Shown piece after piece: positions 53,108-62,707 of a stretch of 64,000 bases of DNA. The stretch comes from an uncultured delta proteobacterium (GTDB taxonomy: Bacteria; Desulfobacterota; Syntrophia; Syntrophales; Smithellaceae): assembly GCA_963705555.1 (NCBI GenBank), contig CAVPJZ010000002.1, positions 762,292-826,291 of the forward strand, read 5' to 3'. The notes under the pieces are model-generated. The model was not told where the DNA came from. It did not search any database and saw only the letters and a list, made by a program, of their open reading frames with translations. A program made the translations under genes and the position numbers. Numbering within the stretch: position 1 is the stretch's first letter; each line of letters starts with the position of its first letter.

Positions 53108-53770
53108 ATGAAAAAAAATTTTGCTAACCTGAATTATTATGAAATTTTGGATGTTACCCCTGATGCGGCATTTTTTGAAATTCGCCAGGCCTATAATGTC
53201 GCTATGCAAATGTATCGGGCAGACTCTCTGGTTAGTTATTCTTTTTTTTCTCTGGAAGAAAGACAAGAGATACTTAATCTTCTGGAAAAGGCTTACCTAA
53301 CCCTCATCAATGGGAAAGAAAGGAAAAACTACGATAAAGGACTTATTCAGATGGGAATTCTCGACACTGTGGGGGGCAAAGCGGGGGCTAAAAGATCAGC
53401 GGGTATTTATGACGCAAACAGGCAATGGGGTAAGGCAGCTGTACTTAAAGATAATAAATCTACTTTAAAGGAAAAAGTCGCTCAAAATAAACGCATTAAT
53501 GAAATTTTATCCAAGCAGGAAATTAGCGGCGCTGATCTTAAGACAATTAGAAATGAACTGGGTGTGGCTATCGAAAAGATTGCCGGAGAAACAAAAATAC
53601 GCATGGATTATTTAATTAGCATTGAGGATGAGAAAGTTAAGCGGCTTCCCGCAGCGGCATTTCTCAAAGGTTTTATCAAATCTTATTTAAAGTGCCTCTG
53701 CATTGAACCATTGGACGATGTTTGTGTTCGTTACATGGATGGTTTGGCACGTATCGGAAAAAACAATTAG
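53108..53770 (+). CDS. DnaJ-like domain plus RodZ-type (HTH_25) helix-turn-helix protein
   Basis: NYYEILDV..EIRQAY..AYLTL...RKNYD without HPD; G..LK.IR...IA..TKI...YL..IE...GFIKSY. Confidence 0.75.
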   Translation: MKKNFANLNYYEILDVTPDAAFFEIRQAYNVAMQMYRADSLVSYSFFSLEERQEILNLLEKAYLTLINGKERKNYDKGLIQMGILDTVGGKAGAKRSAGIYDANRQWGKAAVLKDNKSTLKEKVAQNKRINEILSKQEISGADLKTIRNELGVAIEKIAGETKIRMDYLISIEDEKVKRLPAAAFLKGFIKSYLKCLCIEPLDDVCVRYMDGLARIGKNN

Positions 53771-53872
53771 GTTTGCAGATTTATTTAAATTTCCTGATGA
53801 ATTATGGACAACTGATAAATAAAGCAAATAAAACGAGCCCTGTTGGTTAATCGAAAAAATAGGAGAGCAATT

Positions 53873-54607
53873 ATGGGAAAATTATTTTTTACGAGTTTAT
53901 TTTTCCTCTGCGCGACGATGGCGGTCGCGGCGGAAAAAAAGTTTGAATCCGACATAATCAAGGCCTCAGGGGGAGAACTTGTCCTGACATTCATCGGGCA
54001 TGGGACCATAATGATGTCCATAAATGGGAAGGTCATCCATGTTGATCCCGTGTCGCAGATGGCCGATTACACAAAAATGCCTAAAGCCGATTTGATCCTG
54101 ATAACCCATGAACATTCGGATCATTTCGATCTTAAAGCTATAGACCTTATTAAAACAGCAAAAACAAAAATAGTAGCGAATGAAAATGTTGCCAAGCAAC
54201 TTTCAGATGTAATATTGATGAAAAATGGTGATGTTAAAAATATAGAGACTTTCCGGATTGAAGCAGTACCAGCATACAATCTTGTACATATGCGCGCTCC
54301 CGGCGTTCCTTTCCATCCCCGGGGCACAGGTAACGGGTATATTATTACGTTTGGCGACAAGCGTGTATATATTGCCGGGGACACGGAAAACACTCCGGAA
54401 ATGAAAAGCTTAAAAGGGATCGATGTTGCCTTTTTACCCATGAATCTTCCCTATACAATGACTCCGGAAATGGTAGCCGACGCGGCAAAGGCTTTCCGTC
54501 CCAAGATACTTTATCTCTACCACTACGGAAATACGGATACTGCAAAGCTGGCTGATCTGCTGAAAGATACCACAGGGATAGAAGTGCGAATTCGTAAAAT
54601 GCAGTAA
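53873..54607 (+). CDS. MBL-fold metallo-hydrolase, secreted
   Basis: FIGHG, ITHEHSDH, YIAGDT; signal peptide. Confidence 0.88.
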   Translation: MGKLFFTSLFFLCATMAVAAEKKFESDIIKASGGELVLTFIGHGTIMMSINGKVIHVDPVSQMADYTKMPKADLILITHEHSDHFDLKAIDLIKTAKTKIVANENVAKQLSDVILMKNGDVKNIETFRIEAVPAYNLVHMRAPGVPFHPRGTGNGYIITFGDKRVYIAGDTENTPEMKSLKGIDVAFLPMNLPYTMTPEMVADAAKAFRPKILYLYHYGNTDTAKLADLLKDTTGIEVRIRKMQ

Positions 54608-54637
54608 TACTTCAGGCATCAGCCGAAAACAAACTCT

Positions 54638-55057
54638 TTATCTCAAGTTTTTTGCTTTTTCCCGCAAAGCAATATCTTCAAGGGTTGTGGGATTAATTTC
54701 GATTCCATGCGGCAGCGACTTCCCTTTCAAATCCACATGTACGAAGCTGATAAAACCGTCAAGATAAAACTCGTCACCGCTGTTATTCACGACTCTTACG
54801 TACGAAATAAGGCGTGTTTTCCCAGTCAGAACAACTTTGCTTTCAAAGCGGATGATTTGGCCATTGCGCACCGGCCTGGTAAAAAGCATGCCGTGTATGT
54901 TCACGCAGACGATGTTCTCAGGATGCGTAAGACTTGCCGCAGCGATAAATCCCGATTCCACAAACCACATGGCCGTCTTACCCGCAAATAGAGTCCCATG
55001 GTGATTTAGGTCTTCGCTCTTGACAAGCCTGCAAATGCTATGAGTCTTTAGTTCCAT
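54638..55057 (-). CDS. Hotdog-fold acyl-CoA thioesterase
   Basis: DLNHHGTLFAG, F..PV..G, FVHVD..GK. Confidence 0.85.
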   Translation of the reverse strand: MELKTHSICRLVKSEDLNHHGTLFAGKTAMWFVESGFIAAASLTHPENIVCVNIHGMLFTRPVRNGQIIRFESKVVLTGKTRLISYVRVVNNSGDEFYLDGFISFVHVDLKGKSLPHGIEINPTTLEDIALREKAKNLR

Positions 55058-55272
55058 ATTTTCCCCTCCTTGGTGACCATTGGTATAAACGTAAGCGATC
55101 TAATGTGTCAACAATATTAAGTCCTGTGTGAAGTCTCCTTATAATTTCTGGCGTTTTTCCATTAGAACATTTCTCAAATTAAATGTCTGCATAAACGTAT
55201 GATAACTCATTGAATCAAATTTGAAATCATGATAGGTACATTGAATAGATTGAGTTCATGGAGCAAAAGCAA

Positions 55273-55440
55273 ATGAGTGTCCATGAATACATAGCTTTGG
55301 ATGAAAAAGGACGTAAGCGTAAAGGTTTTGTTGACGTAATGGGTGTTGCCGCAGCGAGGCAGAAATTGCGCGAAGAGGGAGTTTACCCCACTGAAATTAA
55401 TCAGGCGGTAGATAAGGAGGATATTGTCGCTGAAATCTAA
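55273..55440 (+). pseudogene. N-terminal fragment of a type II secretion F / PilC protein
   Basis: EYIALDEKGRKRKG.VD....AAARQKLR..GVYP matches the GspF/PilC N-terminus but stops after 55 aa. Confidence 0.55.
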
Positions 55441-55470
55441 GAGCACTACTGTGGAATAAGCGCCAGGATT

Positions 55471-56310
55471 ATGACCGGTAAAAAAACAAAAATTATTGAA
55501 TTTTATAAGATGAGCGGTAGCGGTAATGACTTCATTATTATTGATAACCGTGATTTTTCTTTGAATGTAGGCGATCTGCCTGCATTTGTCCGTAAAGTAT
55601 GTCAGCGGAAGATTTCCGTAGGAGCTGATGGCGTAGTTATAATTGAACCGTCAAATACAGCCGATTTTAGATGGCAGTTTTTTAACTCTGACGGCTCGGT
55701 GGCGGAGATGTGCGGAAACGCTGCCCGTTGTGTAGCACACTTGGCGTCTCTCCAAGGGATTTCGGGGGAAAAACTATCCTTCGAAACCATTGCCGGCATT
55801 GTCAATGCCGAGGTTCATGAGAATGTGCCTAAAGTCAAATTGACTGATCCGTCCTGTGTGATACTGGGGAAAAAGATTACTCTCAAGGGCAGGGAATTTG
55901 TTTTGGATATTGTTGATACGGGAGTTCCCCATGCAGTGAACTTTGTGGATAATATAGAGGCATGCTCTGTTTTTGATTGGGGACGCAAAATCCGCCGCCA
56001 TGAGTATTTTCAGCCCAAAGGCACCAATGCCAATTTTGCCGCAGTGCTTAACCGGCACAAAATTAAAGTGCGCACCTATGAACGCGGCGTGGAAGATGAA
56101 ACGCTCGCCTGCGGTACGGGGGCTGTCGCTACAGTTCTTGCCGCAGCTGAGCGTGGTTTAGTAGATTCTCCTGTTGATACTATAGTTCAAAGCGGTGAAA
56201 CTCTGCGCATTTATTTTACGCGCAAAGATGACCGCTTTTGCGAAATTTATCTTGAAGGTAAAGTGAAAATAGTCTATCAGGGATTTCTTTTTGAAGAAGC
56301 ATATAGATGA
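55471..56310 (+). CDS. dapF: Diaminopimelate epimerase
   Basis: GSGNDF, EMCGNAARC, TGVPH, RTYERGVEDETLACGTG. Confidence 0.95.
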   Translation: MTGKKTKIIEFYKMSGSGNDFIIIDNRDFSLNVGDLPAFVRKVCQRKISVGADGVVIIEPSNTADFRWQFFNSDGSVAEMCGNAARCVAHLASLQGISGEKLSFETIAGIVNAEVHENVPKVKLTDPSCVILGKKITLKGREFVLDIVDTGVPHAVNFVDNIEACSVFDWGRKIRRHEYFQPKGTNANFAAVLNRHKIKVRTYERGVEDETLACGTGAVATVLAAAERGLVDSPVDTIVQSGETLRIYFTRKDDRFCEIYLEGKVKIVYQGFLFEEAYR

Positions 56311-56344
56311 TGGTTTTGTATTAAAGTTGATTTTATTTCTATGT

Positions 56345-56397
56345 TTCATTTCGGCGACAGCCGGAAGCCAGTATCCATTAGTGCTTCACCTCTTTTG
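56345..56397. repeat. REP-like palindrome, first of an inverted pair (second at about 56411-56437)
   Basis: TTCATTTCGGCGACAGCCGGAAGCCAG ... CTGGACACCGGCTTTCGCCGGTGGGAC between dapF and dapL. Confidence 0.45.
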
Positions 56398-56508
56398 CGG
56401 GGGACGACGTCTGGACACCGGCTTTCGCCGGTGGGACAGTATTGGCGACTTTTTACGTGCTTATCATAGATGATTATAGCTTTTTATTCAATCTGAAGGA
56501 GGTTCAAA

Positions 56509-57675
56509 TTGCGGACAGCCGATCGCTTGACAAAAATACCACCATATTTATTCATGGAGTTGAGAAAAAAAATTAATAAGGCCAAAGCCGACAGCGTGGA
56601 TGTAATTTCTCTGGCCATTGGCGATCCCGTGGAAGCTACACCAGATTCGATTATTGATGAGCTCTGTTCTACGGCGCGTGATCCCTTAAATCATCGCTAC
56701 CCCACGGATGAAGAAAAAGGTATGCTGGCTTTTCGCCAGGAAGTTGCCCGCTGGTATCAGAAAAGGTATGGCGTTAGTCTGAATCCCGAAAATGAAATTT
56801 TGGGATTAATTGGTTCGAAAGAAGGCTGCCATCATTTTATATTGGCGCGCGTCAATCCCGGCGACACTGTTTTGATGACCGATCCCGGTTATCCGGCCTA
56901 CCGTTCCAGCATTCTAATGGGCGAGGGTGTTCCTTACAATGTACCCATTCTGCCGCAAAATAATTACTTACCGGTATTGGAAGACATCCCCACGGATATT
57001 GCCAAAAAAGCAAGCGCCATGTTTCTCAATTACCCTAATAATCCGACGGGCGCTTGCACCACTCTGGAATTTTTAAATAAGCTTGTTGCCTTTGCCCGTA
57101 GCTTTGATATTGCTATTTGTTACGATAATCCCTACAGCGAAATAGTATTTGCCGGACAGCCCCGTATCAGTTTTCTTGCTGCCAAAGGAGCCAAAGATGT
57201 GGGCGTTGAGCTTAATTCTCTTTCCAAGCCTTTTAATATGTGCGGCTGGCGGTTGGGGATGGCTTGCGGAAATCCGGAGCTTATTGCCGCCATAAGCAAA
57301 GTCAAAGAAAATACGGATTCCGGAATATTTAATCCTATTCAATTCGCCGGCATTCAAGCTTTACGCAATGAAGAAGCATTTATCGAGAAAATGTTAGACT
57401 TGTATGGACGCAGACGAGAACTGGTACTCACGACACTGAAAAAAATCGGCATAGATTTTAATCCGCCGCGCGGCACATTTTATCTCTGGGTGCCGGTACC
57501 CAAAGGCATGACATCGCTGGATTTTACTAACCGCTTATTTGACAAGACCGCCGTTGTGGTCGCTGCCGGGACCGCTTACGGCAAATATGGTGAAGGATTT
57601 GTCCGCATATCGCTGACCGTTCCGGATAATCGCCTAAAAGAAGCGATGCATAGAATCGAAAAAGAATTCAAATAG
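56509..57675 (+). CDS. dapL: LL-diaminopimelate aminotransferase
   Basis: PPYLF, IGSKEG, LNYPNNPTG, SLSK.FNM.GWR; follows dapF. Confidence 0.85.
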   Translation: MRTADRLTKIPPYLFMELRKKINKAKADSVDVISLAIGDPVEATPDSIIDELCSTARDPLNHRYPTDEEKGMLAFRQEVARWYQKRYGVSLNPENEILGLIGSKEGCHHFILARVNPGDTVLMTDPGYPAYRSSILMGEGVPYNVPILPQNNYLPVLEDIPTDIAKKASAMFLNYPNNPTGACTTLEFLNKLVAFARSFDIAICYDNPYSEIVFAGQPRISFLAAKGAKDVGVELNSLSKPFNMCGWRLGMACGNPELIAAISKVKENTDSGIFNPIQFAGIQALRNEEAFIEKMLDLYGRRRELVLTTLKKIGIDFNPPRGTFYLWVPVPKGMTSLDFTNRLFDKTAVVVAAGTAYGKYGEGFVRISLTVPDNRLKEAMHRIEKEFK

Positions 57676-57789
57676 TAGCTTCCGTAGTGGGAAGCCAGTA
57701 ATAGTAATATCTTAAAGTCGAACCGCTGGAAATCACCCGGTACAATATTTAAACTTTTAACTGACGAAGTAATAGAAAGATAATTAATT

Positions 57790-58821
57790 ATGGAAATGGG
57801 TATTCTTGGCCTTCCCCAGAGCGGGAAGAGCACATTATTTGAAATTATGACCGGCGTCAAGAGCGGTGCGCAACACAATGAAACCGTCGTGCGCGGTCTG
57901 GCAGCAGTGCCGGATGTTCGTTTTGACAAATTGGTGGAAACATATAAACCGGTAAAAGTATCTCCGGCAAAAATTCCCTTTGTTGATGTCCATGCCGTAG
58001 GCGAGCATCCCTGGGAAGCCATCCGGCAGAATTTAAGCGGTACCGACGGCATTTTGCATGTGGTTGACGGATTTTCCCTACCCGATGTGCAACTGAGCAT
58101 CGAAGCCTACCGCAAGCTGGAAGATGAGTTAATCCTTTCCGATCTTTTAATAATCGAGAAGAAACTCGAGCGATTCACCAAAATGTCCAAAAAAGCACTT
58201 ACACACCAGGATATAATTCAGGCGGAGATTTTACCCAAATCAAAGGAATGCCTGGAAAGGGGAAAACCGCTGAGGTCTGCCGGATTGACGCCAGAGGAAG
58301 TTTTTTCTTTGCGGAGTTTTTCTTTCTGGACAATTAAGCCGGAACTTGTTGTGGTCAATGTTGCCGAAGATAATCTTTCTTTTGCCGATGCTTTTGCGCA
58401 AGAAGCAAATTTATCCGAACCAGTCATGGGTATTTGCTGCAAAATCGAGGCGGAGCTGACCGGACTGGAGGCCGCCGATCAAAAAGAATTTCTGGCCTCA
58501 CTCGGCATTGCCGAACCCGCTTTCGGCCGGATTATTCGCGCTGCTTTTTCCCTCTTAGGACTAATTTCTTTTTTCACCGTCGGTGATGATGAAGTCAAAG
58601 CCTGGGTGATTCCTGCTGAGACCAAAGCACCCAAAGCCGCCGGAGCCATTCACAATGATTTTGAACGAGGTTTTATCAAAGCCGAAGTCATGCACTACGA
58701 TGACTTTATTGCGCATGGCGGATCTGCGGCGCAGGTAAAATCAGCCGGCCGCCTACGTTTGGAAGGAAAGGAATATATTGTCCAGGACGGCGATATCATC
58801 ACTTTTCGTTTCAATGTTTGA
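57790..58821 (+). CDS. ychF: Ribosome-binding ATPase YchF
   Basis: GLPQSGKSTLF, FFTVG..EVKAW, AGAIH.DFERGFIKAE, RLEGKEY.VQDGD. Confidence 0.93.
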   Translation: MEMGILGLPQSGKSTLFEIMTGVKSGAQHNETVVRGLAAVPDVRFDKLVETYKPVKVSPAKIPFVDVHAVGEHPWEAIRQNLSGTDGILHVVDGFSLPDVQLSIEAYRKLEDELILSDLLIIEKKLERFTKMSKKALTHQDIIQAEILPKSKECLERGKPLRSAGLTPEEVFSLRSFSFWTIKPELVVVNVAEDNLSFADAFAQEANLSEPVMGICCKIEAELTGLEAADQKEFLASLGIAEPAFGRIIRAAFSLLGLISFFTVGDDEVKAWVIPAETKAPKAAGAIHNDFERGFIKAEVMHYDDFIAHGGSAAQVKSAGRLRLEGKEYIVQDGDIITFRFNV

Positions 58822-58862
58822 AGCCAAAGAAAAATTATTCTTCTGGCTCTCGGTAATAAAAA

Positions 58863-59263
58863 TTAGAAGTTGCTCAGCGTTTTTTTTATTTTAGCGCGAA
58901 AATCATCAGGCTCGTCAGTATTTAAAGAAATAATTTCACCTGGACATATTGAATGCCTGTCTTTTGTCAAAATATTGGCAACAGTTGTTTTAGCTTCTAT
59001 TTTTATGCGGTTTTCCTCTAGATATATTTTTGCCGGCTGTGAAATCAAAAGCACCTGTATGGCTGATATTATTCCGGAGTAGGAAACCAGTTTAGCTGCG
59101 GCAAGTCCGATAACTTTATCAAACAGGATAAATTATCTTCAGCTTGCCGGTATTTTTCCAGACAATCCCAAAGAGGCGTAAGCCCAGAACCATCCGAGGA
59201 ATAAATAATTTTATCCCCCTGAACCAATGCCAGCGAATATTTGGTAAAATCCGGTTTTAGCAT
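58863..59263 (-). CDS. DUF1893-like protein (frameshifted)
   Basis: GL.PL start, DKVIGLAAA after frame repair, ICPGE. Confidence 0.65.
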
Positions 59264-59406
59264 GAAGACAGTTCCCTAATGGGCTTCTACCAAGATAAAT
59301 CAGTATGGCCCGGAAGAATTCGTTTAAATAAAAAATAGCCGATTTAAAAATCGCATTTAATTTTACACCATTAGCTGTTTTTTGTGTAGTTATTTTTATA
59401 AAAGTA

Positions 59407-60516
59407 TCAGCTGGATTTATCAACCAAACGCCTTATGACTTTACCTCCGATAGTTTCCCTCGAATACAAAGCCCCGTGAGGGCAAATTTCGATACAACAA
59501 TAGCAGCGGATGCATTTTTGATAATTAAATTCGACACCAGCCTCCAAAGATTGGATGGCCTGGGCCGGACAAATTGTCCAGCATTGGCTGCATAGTTTGC
59601 ACAGATGATTATCGCAGGCAGGCAACGGCATCGTATGCCGGCGCAAAAAATTATGCAGAAAACTAGGGCCGAATATCAGCCCGCTTGTTTCCGGCAACTT
59701 GAAATCATATACAGTTGGCAAATCACCTTCTATTTCGCAGGAGTTGATCAAATTAATCTCTTTGGCGATTTTTAATACCGGTAAACTTTGATAATCAATT
59801 CCGAGCATCCGGCACACAGCAGTATCGAGCACAAACGAATCACAACTGCCTATTAAAACACCGATATGCCGCGGTTTTCCGCCCTTGCCGGGGCCTTCGC
59901 CCTCCAGTGCCAGAATTCCATCCAGTATAGACACAGTCGGCAGGCAAGCTTGATGAATGGCCACCAACAGGCGGGCAAAAGCCGTTGAATCGACACCGGC
60001 GCGCATATGCCACCGTGCCTTCTGAAAACCAATGATACAGCCGAACATATTTTTCACAGCCAGAGTTAAAAGCATCTGGCCGTGAGTTTTGAGCTTGGGC
60101 AAATTGATAATTGCATCCGCCTCAATAGCGTCTTTAGCTATGTCAATGCGGCTATAGGGCTTTCCAATGTCTACTGGAACAGTGTTTTTAAAGGGGATAC
60201 AAGTTACATTCAGACCGGCTAGACAGTCTTTAGTGCCATTCATTTTCAAGATATGTTCAAAAGAACCGATTGCTGGAGAATCGGATACCTGCGGTCTGGC
60301 GCCTTTTTGTAAAACATACTCTACTGCCGCTTTAATAATTAAAGGATGAGTTAATATTGCGTCTTGGGGTACGGCAGCGGAAAGCATGTTTGGTTTTATC
60401 AAAACGCGGTAACCCGGCTTAATTTTGTCACCGGCAAGAGTTTCGATCATTGCAAAGAAAACTTTTTTTAGCTGATCGTAATTATAAGAAGTTTTGCGAA
60501 CAATAACAACAGTCAT
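59407..60516 (-). CDS. DUF362 domain protein with C-terminal 4Fe-4S dicluster
   Basis: VLIKPN, INLPKLKTH...TLAVKN, EGEGP..G.P, two CxxCxxCxxxCP motifs. Confidence 0.9.
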   Translation of the reverse strand: MTVVIVRKTSYNYDQLKKVFFAMIETLAGDKIKPGYRVLIKPNMLSAAVPQDAILTHPLIIKAAVEYVLQKGARPQVSDSPAIGSFEHILKMNGTKDCLAGLNVTCIPFKNTVPVDIGKPYSRIDIAKDAIEADAIINLPKLKTHGQMLLTLAVKNMFGCIIGFQKARWHMRAGVDSTAFARLLVAIHQACLPTVSILDGILALEGEGPGKGGKPRHIGVLIGSCDSFVLDTAVCRMLGIDYQSLPVLKIAKEINLINSCEIEGDLPTVYDFKLPETSGLIFGPSFLHNFLRRHTMPLPACDNHLCKLCSQCWTICPAQAIQSLEAGVEFNYQKCIRCYCCIEICPHGALYSRETIGGKVIRRLVDKSS

Positions 60517-60586
60517 AACAGTTCAGTTCTAATGTAGATAAACCGGCAAACCAGTTAATTTTTAAATGAGTTGCCCTTATACTTAC

Positions 60587-60655
60587 TGGAGCCGATGACC
60601 AGAATCGAGCTGGTGATCTACTGATTACGAATCAGTTGCTCTGCCGACTAAGCTA
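60587..60655 (-). tRNA. Decayed, 5'-truncated tRNA-Thr(CGT); probable attachment-site remnant
   Basis: Minus strand TAGCTTAGTCGGCAGAGCAACTGATT-CGT-AATCAGTAGATCACCAGCTCGATTCTGGTCATCGGCTCCA; D, anticodon and T arms plus CCA are present, the 5' acceptor strand is missing and the T-loop reads CTCG. Confidence 0.8.
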
Positions 60656-62682
60656 TTCTTGAAAAAATTGCGCTGCTGCTTCCATCCCGCGCTGGTCACC
60701 AGGTTCTTGATATTTTGAATCATATCTTTATCCTTGTCTTTTTCCTCAAATGCAAGCTGTTCATAGGGGATGAGAAGATCATGAATCTTTTTTCTATTGT
60801 CTCTTTTTAGTCCATAGCTCCATCCGCCCATAAGTCTTTCAGCCATCCAGCGGCGATGTTCCATCTCGGATAATTTTTCAAGAAATTCTGGATCGTTTGC
60901 AACTTTATCAAAAACTGATAAGTCCTGACCATCAAACCCGATAGAGCGAAGCTTGACCGACAGATGGTCAGCAGACCAGCGGTTTGCATCCTTCATAAAT
61001 TCGTTCAAACCTTCCCATGCCACAAGGGCAGTATTTTCTCTTTTTTTGGCGGGATAGAGTTTGGGGTAGGTATTGTCAAGCAGGGATGCGTTAAGGATCA
61101 GTATCTGCGTTTGTTCCATAACTGAAAGCCGATCAAACGTTTTGCTTCGTAAATATTTAGTTTTGTTTACTTGCCTTTTTATTTTTGGTGTTAAAACATC
61201 TCTGTGCTTTGCACGCAGACAATAGTAAAGATCAGGTTTCTTCAAAATTTGATTAAGAGAATCTATCGGGTTTTGTTCATCAATGTTCTGCATGATCGGA
61301 ACATCCTGAACTACGGAATGCAACAGGGTAAGTGGCGTGCTTTCGGTGAAATCATCTTTAGTGAATAGAATCTGAGCATTGACATATGCCGAATGAATGG
61401 TTTGCGCAAGCTCGTCCGTAATCTCTTCTATCAATACCTGATAGCCACAGGCAGCGTCATATATATTAAAACCATGAATATTTTGATCTACTATATATCG
61501 AGCTTCTTTTCCTTTTATGAGTTCTGATAGAGAAGAGCGCATGCAGACTATGACCGGTGTGGCATCTGAACCAAGCACCCTGCGTACCCGGAGAGCCAGA
61601 GAAATACCAATTGAATCGTCATCCACAGCAATATATACAGCAACTGGTTTTTGGCCAGCCATGTTTATGATATCGGATGATGACAACAGGCATTCCGGAT
61701 CACGGTCAACAAAATTTATATTGATGTCTGGTACAACGAAAGAAGGTGGTGTTTTGCCATCACCATATAAAGCAATAAATTTTTCAGAGCGTTCCTTTAT
61801 ATTATTGTCAACCATGGAAATTCTCAGCTTTGTCCACCGGGCATAATGACCTATTCGTGCAGCCTGCTTAACGATATTCTCGCCCATTATGCCAAATCCT
61901 ATAACCACAATGGGGATGGTATCAGCAGAGATACCTTGCTGACTGGCATAAAAATCAGGAGGATATTCTTCGAAAATGACTCTGGCAGAAGTTTCATAGA
62001 CATTGAATATACTGGCATCAAAATAGTCGTAAGCTTTTGCAAATAGTTCATGACGGACAAAAATGTTCTGTAGGCTGGAGCTGGCAACATGCGCGTAACA
62101 GCGCAGGAAAATCTTCTCATCCACTTTGTGGCCGGCCTCCGCCAGATTTTTCCCCTGGTGAGCTATATTTATATTCGTTTTATCATCTCCGGAAACAGCG
62201 AATAGATACTTAGCCCTGGCGGTATTTGCCTCATCCAGCATGACATAATCGGAGGCATCGCCGATCATCACCAGAACATTCCGTTCCCTGCAACCTGCTA
62301 TATCGGGATGATTCTTTTGTGCTTCAATAACAACTACCCGAAATCCTTTTTCTGTAAATGTGTTCATCAGCCGCATGCCTTTATCACCAAGCCCACAAAT
62401 AACAATATGGCCGGAGGTCTGTTGCAGACGAATTAAATCGTATTTTTCCCGAATTTGTTTCCAAAACCCTTTTATGGTAGCTAAAATAGTACCGCAAGCG
62501 GCTAAAAATTGAGCAATATTAAAAAGAATTTCCTGCTTAGCAGGCTTGCCAACAATTATTAATAACAAACCGGCAATAGCTAATGCTACTGCAGCGATAA
62601 GCATAGCTATAATCAGCCGCCAGGAATACTTTTGAATCCAGCGACCAAACAGTGTGAATCTGGAAACAGTGTGCTTTGCCAT
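60625..62682 (-). CDS. Two-TM membrane protein with tandem TrkA-N/RCK domains and C-terminal RyR domain
   Basis: HIVICGLGDKG, IGDAS, IVVIGFGIMG; W..L......N...ADH and EH.RW..ER...GW.YG..RD...KIH..L.PY..L...EK.KD RyR pattern. Confidence 0.85.
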   Translation of the reverse strand: MAKHTVSRFTLFGRWIQKYSWRLIIAMLIAAVALAIAGLLLIIVGKPAKQEILFNIAQFLAACGTILATIKGFWKQIREKYDLIRLQQTSGHIVICGLGDKGMRLMNTFTEKGFRVVVIEAQKNHPDIAGCRERNVLVMIGDASDYVMLDEANTARAKYLFAVSGDDKTNINIAHQGKNLAEAGHKVDEKIFLRCYAHVASSSLQNIFVRHELFAKAYDYFDASIFNVYETSARVIFEEYPPDFYASQQGISADTIPIVVIGFGIMGENIVKQAARIGHYARWTKLRISMVDNNIKERSEKFIALYGDGKTPPSFVVPDININFVDRDPECLLSSSDIINMAGQKPVAVYIAVDDDSIGISLALRVRRVLGSDATPVIVCMRSSLSELIKGKEARYIVDQNIHGFNIYDAACGYQVLIEEITDELAQTIHSAYVNAQILFTKDDFTESTPLTLLHSVVQDVPIMQNIDEQNPIDSLNQILKKPDLYYCLRAKHRDVLTPKIKRQVNKTKYLRSKTFDRLSVMEQTQILILNASLLDNTYPKLYPAKKRENTALVAWEGLNEFMKDANRWSADHLSVKLRSIGFDGQDLSVFDKVANDPEFLEKLSEMEHRRWMAERLMGGWSYGLKRDNRKKIHDLLIPYEQLAFEEKDKDKDMIQNIKNLVTSAGWKQQRNFFKNSLVGRATDS

Positions 62683-62707
62683 ATCTTTGTATCGGGCTTT
62701 TCCAGGA

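Noticed and set aside
60587..60662. Functional tRNA-Thr
   Set aside because: The 5' acceptor strand cannot pair with CATCGGC, the T-loop is mutated and the sequence overlaps a CDS.
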